A DNA stretch of 64,000 nt from Felis catus (GCF_018350175.1 NC_058383.1:7008001-7072000), one strand, 5' to 3'; shown: positions 50,213 to 63,081, counted from the first letter of the stretch. Made by a program: numbers and translations. Notes: generated by a model not told the origin, from the letters alone.

Positions 50213-53200
50213 TCTACCAAACATGTAAAGAAGAGTTGACATGTATTATCTTGAAGCTGATTCAAAAAATATAAGTGGAAGGAAAACTTCCAAACTCTTT
50301 CTATGAAGCCAGCATTACCATGATTTCAAAACTAGACAAAGACCCCACTAAAAAGGAGAACTACAGACCAATTTCCCTGATGCACATGGATGCAAAAATC
50401 CTCAACAAGTTACTAGCCAAGTGTATCCAACAATATATTAACAGACTTATTCACCACGACCAAATGGGATTTATACCTGGGATGCAGGGCTGGCTCAATA
50501 TCCGCAAAACAATCAATGTGATTAATCACATCAATAAAAGAAAGGAGAAGAACCACATGATCCTCTCAACAGATGCAGAGAAAGCACTTGACAAAATATA
50601 GCAACTTTCTTGATAAAACCCTCAGAAAGTAAGGATGGAAGGATCATACCTCAAGATCATAAAAGCCGTATATGAAAGACCCACCTCTAATATCATCCTC
50701 AATGGGGAAAAACCGAGAGCTTTCCCTCTAAAGTCAGGAACAAGACAGGGATGTCTACTCTCACCACTGTTATTCAACATAGTATTGGAAATCTTAGCCT
50801 CAGCAGTAAGACTACACAAAAGGATAAAAGTCATCCAAATTGGCCAGGAGGAAGTCAAACTTTCACTCTTCCCAGATGACATGATACTCTATATGGATAA
50901 CCCTAAAGATTCCACACAAAAAAACTGCTAGAATTTATTCATGAATTCAGCAAAGTTGCAGGATATAAAATCAATGCACAGAAATCAGTTACATTCCTAT
51001 ACACCAACAATGAAGCAACAGAAAGAGAAATCAAGGAATCAATCCCATTTATAGTTGCACCAAACACCATAAAATACCTAGAAATAAATCTAACCAAAGA
51101 GGTGAAAAATCTATACACTGAAAACTATAGAAAGCTTATGAAAGAAATTGAAGAAGACACAAAAAAATGGAAAAATATTCCATGCCCCTGGATAGGAAGA
51201 ACAAATATTGTTAAAATGTCAATACTACCCAAAGCAATCTACATAGTCAATGCAATCCCTATCAAAATAATGCTACCATTCTTCCCAGAGCTAAAGAAAA
51301 CAATCCTAAAATTTGTATGGAACCAGAAAAGACCCTGAATAGCCAAAGCAATCTTGAAAAAGAAAACCAAAACAGGACGCATCACAATCCTAGACTTCAA
51401 GCTATATTACAAAGCTGTAATCATCAAAACAGTATGGTACTAGCACAAAAACGGACACTCAGATCAATGGAACAGAATAGAGAACCCAGAAATGGACCCA
51501 CAAACATATGGCCCACTCATCTTTGACAAAGCAGGAAAGAATATCCAATGGAATAAAGACAATCTCTTCAGCAAATGGTGCTAGGAAAATGGACAGCGAC
51601 ATGCAGAAGAATGAACCTGTACTGCTTTCTTACACAAAAGTGGACCACTTTCTTACACAAAGGTAAACTCAAAATGGATGAAAGACCTAAACGTAAGACA
51701 GGAAACCATCAAAGTCCTAGAGGAGAAAGCAGGCAAAAACCTCTTTGACCTCAGCTGCAGCAACTTCTTACTCAATACGTGTCTGGAGGCAAAGGAAACA
51801 AAAGCAAAAATCAACTATTGGGACCTCATCAAAATAAAACGCTTCTTCATGGTGAAGGAAACAATCAGCAAAACTAAAAGGCAACCAACGGAATGGGAGA
51901 AGATATTTGCAGACGACATATCAGATATAGGGTCAGTTCCAAAATCTGTAAAGAACTTATCAAACTCAACACCCCAAAAAACAAATAACCCAGTGAAGAA
52001 ATGGGCAAAAGACATGAATAGGCACTTCTCCAAAGGAGACATCCAGATGGCCAATTGACACTTGAAAAAATGCTCAACATCACTTATCATCAGGGAAATA
52101 CAAATCAAAACCACAATGAGATACTACCTCACACCTGTCAGAATGGCTAACGTTGACATCTCAGGCAACAAAAGTTGTTGGTGAGGATATGGAGAAGGAG
52201 GATTTCTTTTGCACTGCTGGTGGGAATTCAAACTGGTGCAACCACTCTGGAAAACAGTATGAAGGTTCCTTGAAAAATTAAAAATAGAACTACCCTATGA
52301 CGCAGTAATTACACTACTAGGTATTTATCCAAGAGATACAGGTGGTTTGTTTCAAAGGGGCACATTCATGCCAATGTTTACAGCAACACTATTGACAATG
52401 GCCATAGTATGGAAAGAGCCCAAATGTCCATCAACAGATGAATGGATAAAGAAGATGTGGTCTATATATACAATGGAGTATTACTCGGCAATCAAAAAGA
52501 ATGAAATCTTGCTATTTGCATTTGTGTGGATGCAACTAGAGAATATTATGCTAAGCAAAATTAATCAGAGAAAGACAAATATCATATGACTTCACTCATA
52601 TAAGGAATTTAAGATACAAAACAGATGAACATAAGAGGCAAGAAGCAAAAATAATATAAAAACAGGAAAGGGGCAAAACATAAGAGACTCTCAAATATAG
52701 AGAACAAACAGGGTTGCTGGAGGGGTTGTGGGAGGTGGGATAGTCTAAATGGGTAAGGGGCATTAAGGAATCTACTCCTGAAATCATTGTTGCACCATAT
52801 GCTAACTAACTTGAATGTAAATTAAACAATAATTTTTTTAAAAAAATAAATTTAAAAAAAAAGAATTAAGGCTGAGTTAAAAGGACTGAAGTCAGGAACT
52901 TTCTCCTGAGCTAGGAGGCATGACACGAGAGCGAGAAGGCAATTTTTTGCCCAGGAAGCTGTGTTGAAAAGCCAGAGAACCTGAGGATCAGAGTGGGCAA
53001 GAACCAAAAATCAGTTTAACATTATGGCTGAATTCCTGTCAGTGAAACATCCTGTTCTCCCACACTTGTAGCTGGATGTTTTTGTTCACTGATGACTGAG
53101 ACAACACTAGTCAGACTTCTGGATGTAAAAGAGCCATATTCTCAAAAAGAAGTTATGTGCTGTACCCCTGATATATTTCTGACTTCACAAGTGGTATATT

Positions 53201-53229
53201 GTCATTGAAATTTCTCTTTCTACTTCCAG

Positions 53230-53296
53230 CACCAAGTGGATTTGCTTCAGCTCATGATTAACTTCCGGAATTCCAAAGAAATGGACACCCATAAAG
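53230..53296 (+). pseudogene. CYP3A: CYP3A exon 9
   Basis: ttccag|HQVDLLQLMINFRNSKEMDTHK|gtaag, 67 nt. Confidence 0.93.
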
Positions 53297-54109
53297 GTAA
53301 GCAAGGAGATCCTCAGAGGGCCAGTGATGGGGAAGCTCAAAGACATGCAGTGGTTTTGAAATGTGCAGAAAGATTTCCAATGGGTGGAATTTCTGCACAT
53401 GGAAGAAAGACACATGTTCAGATACAAGTGGTAGCAGAAGCACTCTCCGGAAGCCCACAGCCTCAGGTTTGTTCAAAGCATGAAAGGCATCGATAGATGC
53501 CTAAGCTGTCAGTGGTCTGCCACAAGGGAGCTTGTTTCCAATGTGAATCCTCTGGCCTACTCCAGATCCACTGAATCAGAACCTCTGTCTGGAAATTCAC
53601 ATCAAGGCTTCATCACACCAGGAGGCACATGGTGCCCATGTTGGTGACCTGCACTTGGAACACCTGATTAAAGTTGTGATAACTAGCCTTGGGTACTGTA
53701 AAGTTTTTTATTCCTTTTGTAAATAAGAAGTAACTGGTGCTGGCCACCTTTGTGACTATATAAATACTGTGTTTTTCTTCAAACTTTTACTTACTACTTA
53801 TATCGTCCATGGATGGTACTTGACTGAAACCATTATTAGTATGATGGCTTCAAAATAGTGACTTTCCAAATCCGTCATTTCTTCTATGTTTACGAGTTAA
53901 TGTTCCATTATTAGGGTGAGCTCTGCATTCTTAATTATTATTTTATTTATTTACACATGTCAGTATGATCTCATATATTATTAACTTAGTCTCTTACATT
54001 GTTTTTTATTGAGATCCTCAATTCTCTCAGTTTGTCCTCTGGAAGCCCTTTCTAGTGGGCTACTCTGTGTTCTTTTTTTTTCTTTCTTCTTCTTTATTTA
54101 GGCTTTTAA

Positions 54110-54380
54110 TAGACTTTATTTTTTATAGAATTTTGGGGTTCACTGCAAAACTGAGTGAAATACAAAGAGATCCCATGTTCTCCCTGCTTCCACCTACAGT
54201 CAGCATCCCCCATTATCAAAATCCCTCACCATATGGTACATTTGTTACAATAAATATACCTAAAATGACACAGTATTACTGCCCAAAATCCATAGTTTAC
54301 ATTACAGTTCACTCTTGGTGTTATACAGTCTATGGGTTTTCAAATACGTATAATGTTTATCCACCATTACAGTACATAGA
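54110..54380 (-). mobile_element. Old L1 3'UTR fragment in intron 9
   Basis: Antisense L1MA/MB-like text 'ggtacatttgttacaat...aaaatccatagtttacattacagttcactcttggtgtt'. Confidence 0.6.
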
Positions 54381-56198
54381 GTATTCTGTATCCTTTTCCC
54401 ATATCATTTTGTGAACATTTTTTTGCATTCTGATATGAGACATTCCAGGTTTCTCCTCTGTTTCCCCTAATGAAGCCCTGGAATCAGCCATTTCTCCAAG
54501 AAGCCCTGTTTCCTTTTAGTCAGAATGGTATTTAGAAACCAAAATCTGGGGTCTAGGGGTGCTCCTTGCCACTCCTAGTAACCAGAGGGTTTCTTTGCCT
54601 CTGTTCCCTCTCAGTGGACCAAGATAAGAACATCAAATATATTTACACAGGACTGATAAATGTAATCATTTCATTCTATCCATAACCAGTAATGTAATTA
54701 TGGTCTCTGTGTCTGAAAGAAAAAAAGAGCCTGGATGTAGTTTGTTTCTATGACAGAAATAATACCTTTATGGTTAAAGGATGGGCTTACTCCATCACAC
54801 CACTATATATCTATCTGTTTCATTCTACCACTTTCTGTCACTGAAGAACCAAATCTTATATTTAATTTAATTAATTAAAGTTTAAATATAAATAGGCACA
54901 TCTGGCAAGTGGCTAACATACTGTACAGCAGAACTATAAAATTCGATTATCATGGAGTCCATGGCAATCAGGGGAAAGAATCTAATAGTTGAATCTATCC
55001 ACAGCAGTATCACAGAAAGTATGCCTGGGAAATCAGAACTCTAACTTTCAGAACTCTAACTTTCTTACCCTCCTTTTGTATTATTTTTAGTTGTGAATTG
55101 CATGTCTTTGGCAGATGCCATGTCAATTTCAGTGCTCTAAATATCTAAAGGTCCTAATATAATACAGTTCTGATCAAATAGATTAGAGCCTAACCATGCT
55201 TACTGCCAGGAGATATCCAAAGGGAGGCCAACTCATATTCAGAGCAGGACCATTCGCTAAGGAAGGTGACATTCAGGCCATGTTTGAATAAGCATTGCTA
55301 ATTCCACTCACTGTATTCTGTGTGTCTATATTTCATGCTGGCCAATGTCCTTCTATTGATCATTGTTTCTCTTACTGTTTTAATGTGGTTGATTAGACTA
55401 GCATCAGACACTACTCTTCTAGCTTTTTGTCTGTGTTGTAGTTTCTGTACATATCTGAGATCACCTGTTGGAAGAGTTGTGCCTCAGGTCTTCTATTAGC
55501 TGAGACCTCTGGAAGGTATAATCTGTGCTTCTCAAGCTAGATTGTGCACACAGATCATCAGATATTGTAAAGCACATATTTTTCTAATAGTTCTAGGGTG
55601 AAGTTTGAGATTCTGCATTTCTAACAAACTCCCAGATGTAATAGATGCTGCTGGTCCATGGGCCACACTTAGAGTAGTAAGAGTTTATCTTAGCCCAATA
55701 TTGGGCTTAAGTTCTTGAAGATATGTTTAGGTGAAAGATCATTTATTTTCAGGACAATTAAGCCTTATCATTGTAAACTCTCTCAAAAAAATCAAACTGT
55801 ATGTTAGGTAGAAGAATGTAAAATTATTCCTCAGGGATAGTGCTACTAAGGGGTAAAGTAATTTTAGACTCTCTGGGAACAGACTGATAACACTATGCAC
55901 GTTAGACAGAAATGCCGTCTCCTGAAATTACCCACTCTGTTGGTGGGGATGGTGGCATAACCAGAAACAGTCGGCCAAGAATAGTATAGGCCTTGGGAAT
56001 TGCCAGATCAAGACAACTTTTGCCTCTTTCTAACTCTGTAAGATAGATATCAGAGTGCAAACCACTCCCGGTTTGATTCCCAGTTGCTTTTACATTTATT
56101 CCCTGAGGGATTTTGGCATTTCAAATGGATTTCTCATCATCTAAACTGATGTTTTACACTCACCAGTTTTGGCTAAAATGTCTTTCCTCTCCTTTTAG

Positions 56199-56359
56199 CT
56201 CTGTCTGATCTGGAACTTATGGCTCAATCTATAACCTTTATTTTTGCTGCCTGTGAGACCACAAGCACATCTCTCTCCTTCCTTGTGTATGAATTGGCCA
56301 CTCACCCTGATGTCCAGCAGAAACTGCAGGAGAAGATTGATGTGACTTTCCCCAATAGG
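56199..56359 (+). pseudogene. CYP3A: CYP3A exon 10 (I-helix)
   Basis: ttttag|(A)[53 protein letters not shown]|gtgag, 161 nt. Confidence 0.95.
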
Positions 56360-57449
56360 GTGAGCAGGTCACACCTGCGGAGGGAGTGAGGATAGGCTCA
56401 GTTTCTGCCTCAGTAACAGATTAGCTCTCAAATCTAGTGGGTTTTCATAACAAAATTTTACTTCTAACTCACATTTACATGTCCAACATGGATGTTAGTG
56501 GAGGGTGGGAGTGAGTCTGTTGCATATATTTACTTTGGGATACAGGGCAAGAGGTTCCACTTTTTTATACATGCATTATCTGGAACTTGAGGACTCCATG
56601 TTGCCTGAGGAATAAAGAACTAGGGTGTTGCTCACTTGCTTTTCAAATGTTGCCCTAACCTGACATACATCTCCTCACTTCACAGCCCATTTGCAAAGTT
56701 GTTTCCCAAAAGTTAATGTGGGATGGGAAATATGGGGGTCTACATGGATATTGATAAGTAGTGAGTGTCTCTACCATACACCTATGAAGTGTCAACTCTA
56801 ATTATCGCCATATAATGAGGCAAGAATCTGAGCTACAGAGGGACAACATAACTTTCTTATAATATCACATAACTAGTGCTAAAGAAGCCAGGCTAGGAGC
56901 CAGGGTGCCTGGGTCCTGATTGAACTCTTCACCACTACAATGTTGGCTATTAAATATAATACCAAGATGTATGTACATATTGCCCATACTGTTTTAGATC
57001 TCTTCCCAAACTGGAATTCCTCCTTATGAAGAGACTTGGCCTGTGGGGCTGGAGTGGCTTATTTGACAATGAAACCCCGAAGCAACAACTAGGAAACCCT
57101 TCCAGCAACAGAGGGTTGGGCTGAGAGTAGGATTACAATTCCCTTTACAATGTCCCCTAGAAATGAACTTGTGCGCCCACAACTAGAAGCATCCAATCCC
57201 CCCTTCTTTTGCTTTATTTGGTTTGAAAGGAACTAGTGTCTCCCCAACTTATTTACAGTTTTTATATAATATAGTGTTTCTCTCCTAATATTGTATATGT
57301 AATTGAAGAGCTACAAAGCAGGATATTTCCAGTAAGAGTTTATATGGGTAGGGAATATTTTTCTGTTGCACATTCTCCTTTTAATGGTACAGGTGTGTGG
57401 CCTCTCTTTTGAAAAGAAACAGTGACTTTGACATATTTCACTTGAGTAA

Positions 57450-57620
57450 AGTGGGTGGGGGGTGGGCTAAATGGATGATGGGCATTAAGGAGAGCACTTG
57501 TTGGGAGGAACACTGGATATTGTATGTAAGTGATGAATCACTGGGTTCTACTCCTGAAACCAATGCTACACTTTATGTTAACTACCTTTTATTTAAATAA
57601 ATAATGTACTCTTAAAAAAA
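57450..57620 (+). mobile_element. Short carnivore L1 3'-end fragment in intron 10
   Basis: 'gggtgggctaaatggatgatgggcattaaggagagcacttgttgggaggaacactgg...' plus A-rich tail, flanked by gagtaa on both sides. Confidence 0.75.
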
Positions 57621-57932
57621 GAGTAAGGGTCATTGTGTATTAGTCACATTTGCTCACATGAAGCAGAAAAACCACTACATGGTTATGGGAAGGATTTCAG
57701 GTTCTTTTTAGGGAAATGTCCCAGCTGTCTCCCCTAGTCGTTACTATTGGACACTTGTCAGGGGGGCATTGAGCAGGTCAAAAAAACATGGTAGACATTA
57801 AAATGCTCATAAATGCCCTTTACCAAAACAAATGATTCTTAGGGGTTCCTAACACTTCAGTAGTACTGTGTACACTGAGTTGAACGTTGATCCCAAATTT
57901 CAGTTTATCAAAATCTGTTTCTTTTCTTCCAG

Positions 57933-58146
57933 GAACCTCCCACTTATGATGCCCTTGTACAGATGGAGTGCTGAATGAAACTCTCAGATTATACCCACTT
58001 TCTGGTAGACTTGAGAGGATCTGTAAGAGAGATGTGGAAATCAATGGCGTGTTCATTCCCCAAGGGACAGTGGTGGTGGTGCCAACCTTTATTCTTCACC
58101 GAGACCTGGAACTCTGGTCAGAGCCTGAAGAGTTCCATCCTACAAG
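57933..58146 (+). pseudogene. CYP3A: CYP3A exon 11 with 13-nt deletion and premature stop
   Basis: ttccag|[13 protein letters not shown] (TGA 57972-57974). The shifted frame continues [58 protein letters not shown]|gtac. 214 nt versus the canonical 227. Confidence 0.95.
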
Positions 58147-59366
58147 GTACAAGGAACCCTGGAAAAGGGAACCCACCCTCATATTGGAGGAGATTCTGAT
58201 ATCTCAGTATAGATGACAAATGTGTGATTGTACAGTTATTTATTTGTACATTTTTTTGCTCTTAGAAGTTTTTTTTTATTATTCAATGATCATTCTTTGT
58301 TGTCTATATTTATAAACTGTAGACTAGACAAAAGAAACTAGACTCATCCTCAGTCCCGATATGTCAAAATTATTAATATGTCATGTGTGTCCTTGTGGAC
58401 ATTTATCTAGGCATATAAGGATTGCTAAAAATAAGGATGGCATATTTTTATGAACAACTTACTGTAACAGCAACAATAACAGCATACTATAATTGTGTGT
58501 GCCTGATTATATGCATATACCATAACTTACTTACCCACTATTTCATTTAAAGAAATAGGCCTTCCTTTAAGTGTTTCTGTCCTCTATAGCACTCTGAATT
58601 ATATCCCTACTCCCCTACAATTCCATGTTGTAAACTTTGGCCACCCTTTCCACTAGCCCTAGTGGGAGAGCAGAGACTGTGGAACTGAGAGTCATCTTCC
58701 CTGGCAGGGGGAGAAACCTCATGAGATGGGGGCACACACAGGTCCCGTGCTGTCTGTGGCTGCAGTCCTGTGCCATCTCCCACCTCTCTTGGTATCTGGG
58801 GTTAGTCCAAAGCAAAGTCATCTGCTCTCTAGCCATCTGAGACATCCTCCTTGGAGGAGGGGTCTTGAGCTTTCTCTCTGGGAATCCAGAGCAGAGTCTG
58901 GCTTTGGGCACAGCTTGAATTCTGCAAACAGTTGATACTTTCCTGTTTATTGTATTAGTGAGAAAAATTTGGAGTGAACTTTGCAGGGATCCAGACTTTT
59001 AGCCCTGACTCTAAGCTCCCTGATTGCAGGGCCCTTGTCTTGTTGCATGGTGCCCCTAGTGCTAGCATCATGCCTACATATAGTACTTGCTAAAAGAAGT
59101 CAGAATTGACCAAGTCACCTGTTTTCTGGACCGGAAGATCTGGTGGTTCCCACAAGCTCAGCAGTCCCTGCTCCTGTAGCTTGTCAAACAGAAACTAGAG
59201 ATTCCTGGTACTTCTCTGTGATTGATTCAGTCATGACATGAAGTGTTTACCTATGTGTGTCAGGGATGGGGCAAGGAAGTGAGAAATCCACATGTTAAAA
59301 ATGTACGTTATAGAGAATTTTTGACACATGCACAAGCATATACTATAGGCACACGACTATGAAATA

Positions 59367-59580
59367 CTTTTTTAAAACAATTTTTTAAGTTCATATATTT
59401 ATTTTGAGAGAGAGAGAAACAGTGTGAGCAGGGCAGAGAAAGAGGGAGAGAGAATCTTAAGCAGGATCCACACTATCAGTGAAGAGCCGACCTGGGGCTT
59501 GAACCCACGAACCATGAGATCATGACCTGAGCTGAAATCAAGAGTTGGACACTTAACCTACTGAGACACCCAGGCACCCC
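59367..59580 (-). mobile_element. Can-SINE in intron 11
   Basis: Reverse head ggggtgcctgggtgtctcagtagg. TSD tatgaaatacttt at ~59358 and 59581. Confidence 0.92.
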
Positions 59581-60459
59581 TATGAAATACTTTTAATGTA
59601 TCTATATGTGCCCATCACCCGCTTAACAACCACTAACCTATGTCAGCTGCCCCATCCACACACCATGGTAATTCATCTGATTTCCATATTACCTTAAGTA
59701 CATCATCTGTAATCATTCCAGAATGTTGTCTGTAATATAAGGACTTTATAAAAATACCTCACCACAATGTCATTATCACTTTCCCCAAATCCACATTTTC
59801 CCTTAATATAATCAAATATTGTACAATCAGTTTTGAATAAAACATAGGGCTAACCTTCAGGAACTTTTAGCCTCATGAAACAGGTGGCCAAGAATTCAGT
59901 GATTATACTGATTATACACATCAGTGAGTATGACTACAGTGAAGCAGCATCATGTGCCCATATAAATATTCTGACAGGCGGCTCTGTCAAAGTGGTTGGG
60001 GGGGATTCAAGGTGGGAGGGAGGGAAGAGAAGGGAAAAATTACAATCTAAATCATGGGAGGCATTTCTCCTGCTTCCTTCTTCCATGGGCACATGACCAA
60101 TGTAAGTCAGTGGAGGCAGGAACCTACCTTTCCTTCAGTCAGGCTCATTGCCTGCTTGCCTTTCAGAGTGTGAACATCTCCCCATCCTGACTGTAATTCT
60201 AGTGTTTAAGATAACCCTTCCTTTTAACAACATTCATCTCATCTCCTCAACAAGACTGACTGCTCCCACAGGGTAAGGGTAATGCAGAGGATCTGTAACT
60301 TACAGTTGTCACTGCAGAATAAGCATGGAAGGATTTCAGGGATCAGCCCCCCCCCCCCCCAAGAGTGTCCTGTGTAGTCCTGGTTGAAAACCCCAAACAT
60401 GTAGCTGTTGTGGTTTTTATGTTTCACTAACTTGTTTACAACTTCTTTTATGGAACCAG

Positions 60460-60622
60460 GTTCAGCAAGAAGATCAAGGACAGCATAAATCCTTATATAT
60501 ACCTACCTTTTGGAACTGGATCCAAAAGTTGCATTGGCATGAGGCTCACGATCATGAACATGAAACTTGCCCTCATCAGAGTCCTGCAGAACTTCTCCTT
60601 CAAGCCTTTTAAAGAAACACAG
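60460..60622 (+). pseudogene. CYP3A: CYP3A exon 12 (heme-binding region)
   Basis: accag|(R)[54 protein letters not shown]|gtcag, 163 nt. Confidence 0.95.
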
Positions 60623-61493
60623 GTCAGAGAAATAACTTTCTCCATAAAGAATGTTTTTCTGGTGTTTTTTTTAAATTAAGGGATATGGAATGGGTGTGGG
60701 TGTGGGGGTTCACTTACCCTTAATGACGTGTTCCTTTGGGCAGAGATTCTATTTGGAACTGCAACCTAAGGGTCCTTCAGACTTGAGTGCCACACTGTGG
60801 CTTATGAACAACCAACCATAAGGGTTACCTAGAGTCAGTCCAGTTAGCATCACATGATTATGCACAGACCTTTAAACTTGAGCAATATTTTAAATTTCTT
60901 TCAAGTCCACTGAAGGGATGGGAAAATGTTGTGCACAGTCATGAGGTACAGTGATTACCACAGGAATTTTGAGCAATGCTCTTCTCCACAACTTACACTC
61001 ACATGACTGTGGTTCTCAACCCCTGGTTGTATATTGACATCAGTGGCATTCTTTTAAAAATCCTGATGTCCAGGCCATCTCAGAAACTCTAACACAATTC
61101 ACCCAGAGTGTGGCTTTAAAAGTGCCCCCATTGATTCTCATGTACAAGCAACGTTGAGAATCACTGGTGTGAAGCATGTCTGCCAGATGTGAAGGACTCC
61201 CATAGTCCAAGCCATCCTGCCTACTTGGCTCCACCTTCCATGAGCCCCACTCCAGTCAGGCTGTGCTCCCTTTTCATCCCAGTCTGAGCTCTGTGAGTGC
61301 TCTGCCCACTCTCCTCTCATCTATTCTCATCCTTCCAGTCCTAGTCAGTCCCCAGACTCCTCCCTGATACCTCCCCATGCACCAGAGCCCATTCCCTCCT
61401 CTGTTATGTTGTCAGTTACTATAGGCTGCTGTCAAGGGCTGTGGCACTGAACTGAACACTTTGTCATTAATTCATCCAGTCAGTTCTATGTTT

Positions 61494-61720
61494 GGGGCGC
61501 CTGGGTGGCGCAGTCGGTTAAGCGTCCGACTTCAGCCAGGTCACGATCTCGCGGTCCGTGAGTTCGAGCCCCGCGTCAGGCTCTGGGCTGATGGCTCAGA
61601 GCCTGGAGCCTGTTTCCGATTCTGTCTCCCTCTCTCTCTGCCCCTCCCCCGTTCATGCTCTGTCTCTCTCTGTCCCAAAAAAAAATAAATAAACGTTGAA
61701 AAAAAAATTTTTTTTAAAAA
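61494..61720 (+). mobile_element. Young CpG-rich felid-type Can-SINE in intron 12
   Basis: ggggcgcctgggtggcgcagtcggttaagcgtccgacttcagccaggtcacgatctcgcggtccgtgagttcgagccccgcg, (CT)n, A-tail. Confidence 0.95.
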
Positions 61721-62669
61721 CCCTATGGGGGTTAGTGTTATCATCATTACCATTACTTAGAGTTTACTGTGAGTATAAGTTTTTAAAAGTTAAGCCCATA
61801 ACTCAAAAATATAGAGTAAACACATCAAAGATTTTATTCAGCTAATTAATTAATGTGGGATCAATGAGAGAAAATGACTTCCAAGAGCTTTTGTAAAACA
61901 GGTTTATATAATTAATCAGTAAAAGCATTTTTGACAACACAACATCAATGAAAGAATGTTAGAATAAGATTTCTAAGTCAGATAGAAAAATGGATAATGT
62001 CCTACAGGGCAATAAAACCATAATCTTTGGGTTTGTCTTTCTCCCAGACAGAAATCAGGCTAACAGGTAACTTCACAGTGAGTTCTAATCAATAGTAACT
62101 CGCAAAGTCAAACAGATACATTCTGTTAGATAAATAAATAAGCCATGTGTTGTCTTGTTAAACAATACTGCAATATGTCATTGAATGGGCATTCGGCCAT
62201 CCCTTTAGGTTATTTCCACGTTTTGAATCATTTTTTATTAACAAAATTAATTAGTAAGATCAAACTCCTAGTAAATAGACAAGCCTGAATTTGAATATTG
62301 CTCTAAATCCAAATCTGGCTCTCTTCTAAACAAGCCACACTGCCATTGAACATCTCCAGCCTAGTGATATAAGCAGGCAAGTAAAGAAAAAGTGTAATAG
62401 AGTGTAAAAAGTAATTATAGAAATATAAATAGGATGTTCTGGGGAAATATGTAGTATATAATCCTTAAATGCGCAAGGCATGCTTCTCAGGTGAAATAAT
62501 TCAAGCTCAGTTGGAGACAGGTGTTTATAATTAGTCAGTCAGGTATAGAAGGGAAGAAATGGTGTCCCAAGAAGGAGAGAAAGTATGTGTTATACACCCA
62601 GGTATGAGGATAATGGAGCATTTTGAGATTTAAAGATAGATTTCTTTGAAGATTTTGATATAATGTTGA

Positions 62670-62892
62670 AAGAAACAGACTCTTAACTATAGAGAGCAAA
62701 CTGATGGTTACCAGAGGGAAGGGAGTGGGAGGATGGGTCAAATAGGTGATGGGGATTAAGGAGTGCATTTGTTGTGATGAGCACTGAATAATGTACAGAA
62801 GTGTTGAATCATTGTATTGTAAACCTGAAAGTAATATAACACTGTATGTTAACTATACTGGAATCAAAATTTTAAAAACTTAATAAAAAATA
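62670..62892 (+). mobile_element. Old L1 3'UTR fragment
   Basis: 'ctatagagagcaaactgatggttaccagagggaag...gatgagcactgaataatgtacagaagtgttgaatc' plus A-rich tail. Confidence 0.75.
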
Positions 62893-63081
62893 AAGATATC
62901 AAAGGGCTACCCACCCCCAAAATGCAGAAGTTCCAGGCAGGTTTACATGGGAATTCTATCAAGCCTCCAGGAAACAGGTAAGTTTCACTCAATTTGAACT
63001 CTACCGCAAAATTAAAGAGAAAGAAAGGTTCAGGAATTTTGTTGTTTTTATTTATTATAATTCAATATAAAATTGATGCCA

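Larger units (their letters stand above)
38728..52862 (+). mobile_element. Full-length degenerate lineage-X L1 hosting nested insertions
   Basis: 5' end ggaggggccaagatggtgg, ORF1 from ~40436, ORF2 from ~41696 resuming at 49498-49564 and 50225-~52600, A-tail ~52840-52862. Candidate TSD taaggctg at 38721-38728 and 52867-52874. Confidence 0.93.
53230..60622 (+). pseudogene. CYP3A: Partial CYP3A pseudogene (exons 9-12 present; exons 1-8 not found; exon 13 not in window)
   Basis: Four AG/GT-bounded exons of 67, 161, 214 and 163 nt encode CYP3A sequence. Frameshift and stop in exon 11. Confidence 0.93.

Noticed and set aside
53236..53496. 86-aa ORF MDLLQLMINF... and 82-aa ORF at 57968-58216 as stand-alone genes
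   Set aside because: They are CYP3A pseudo-exons read through into intron sequence.
55033..55062. 15-bp direct repeat (tcagaactctaactt x2) as a regulatory or CRISPR-like repeat
   Set aside because: A single local tandem duplication in an intron with no spacers or array.
61494..61580. tRNA gene
   Set aside because: The A/B boxes belong to the tRNA-derived head of a Can-SINE followed by (CT)n and an A-tail.
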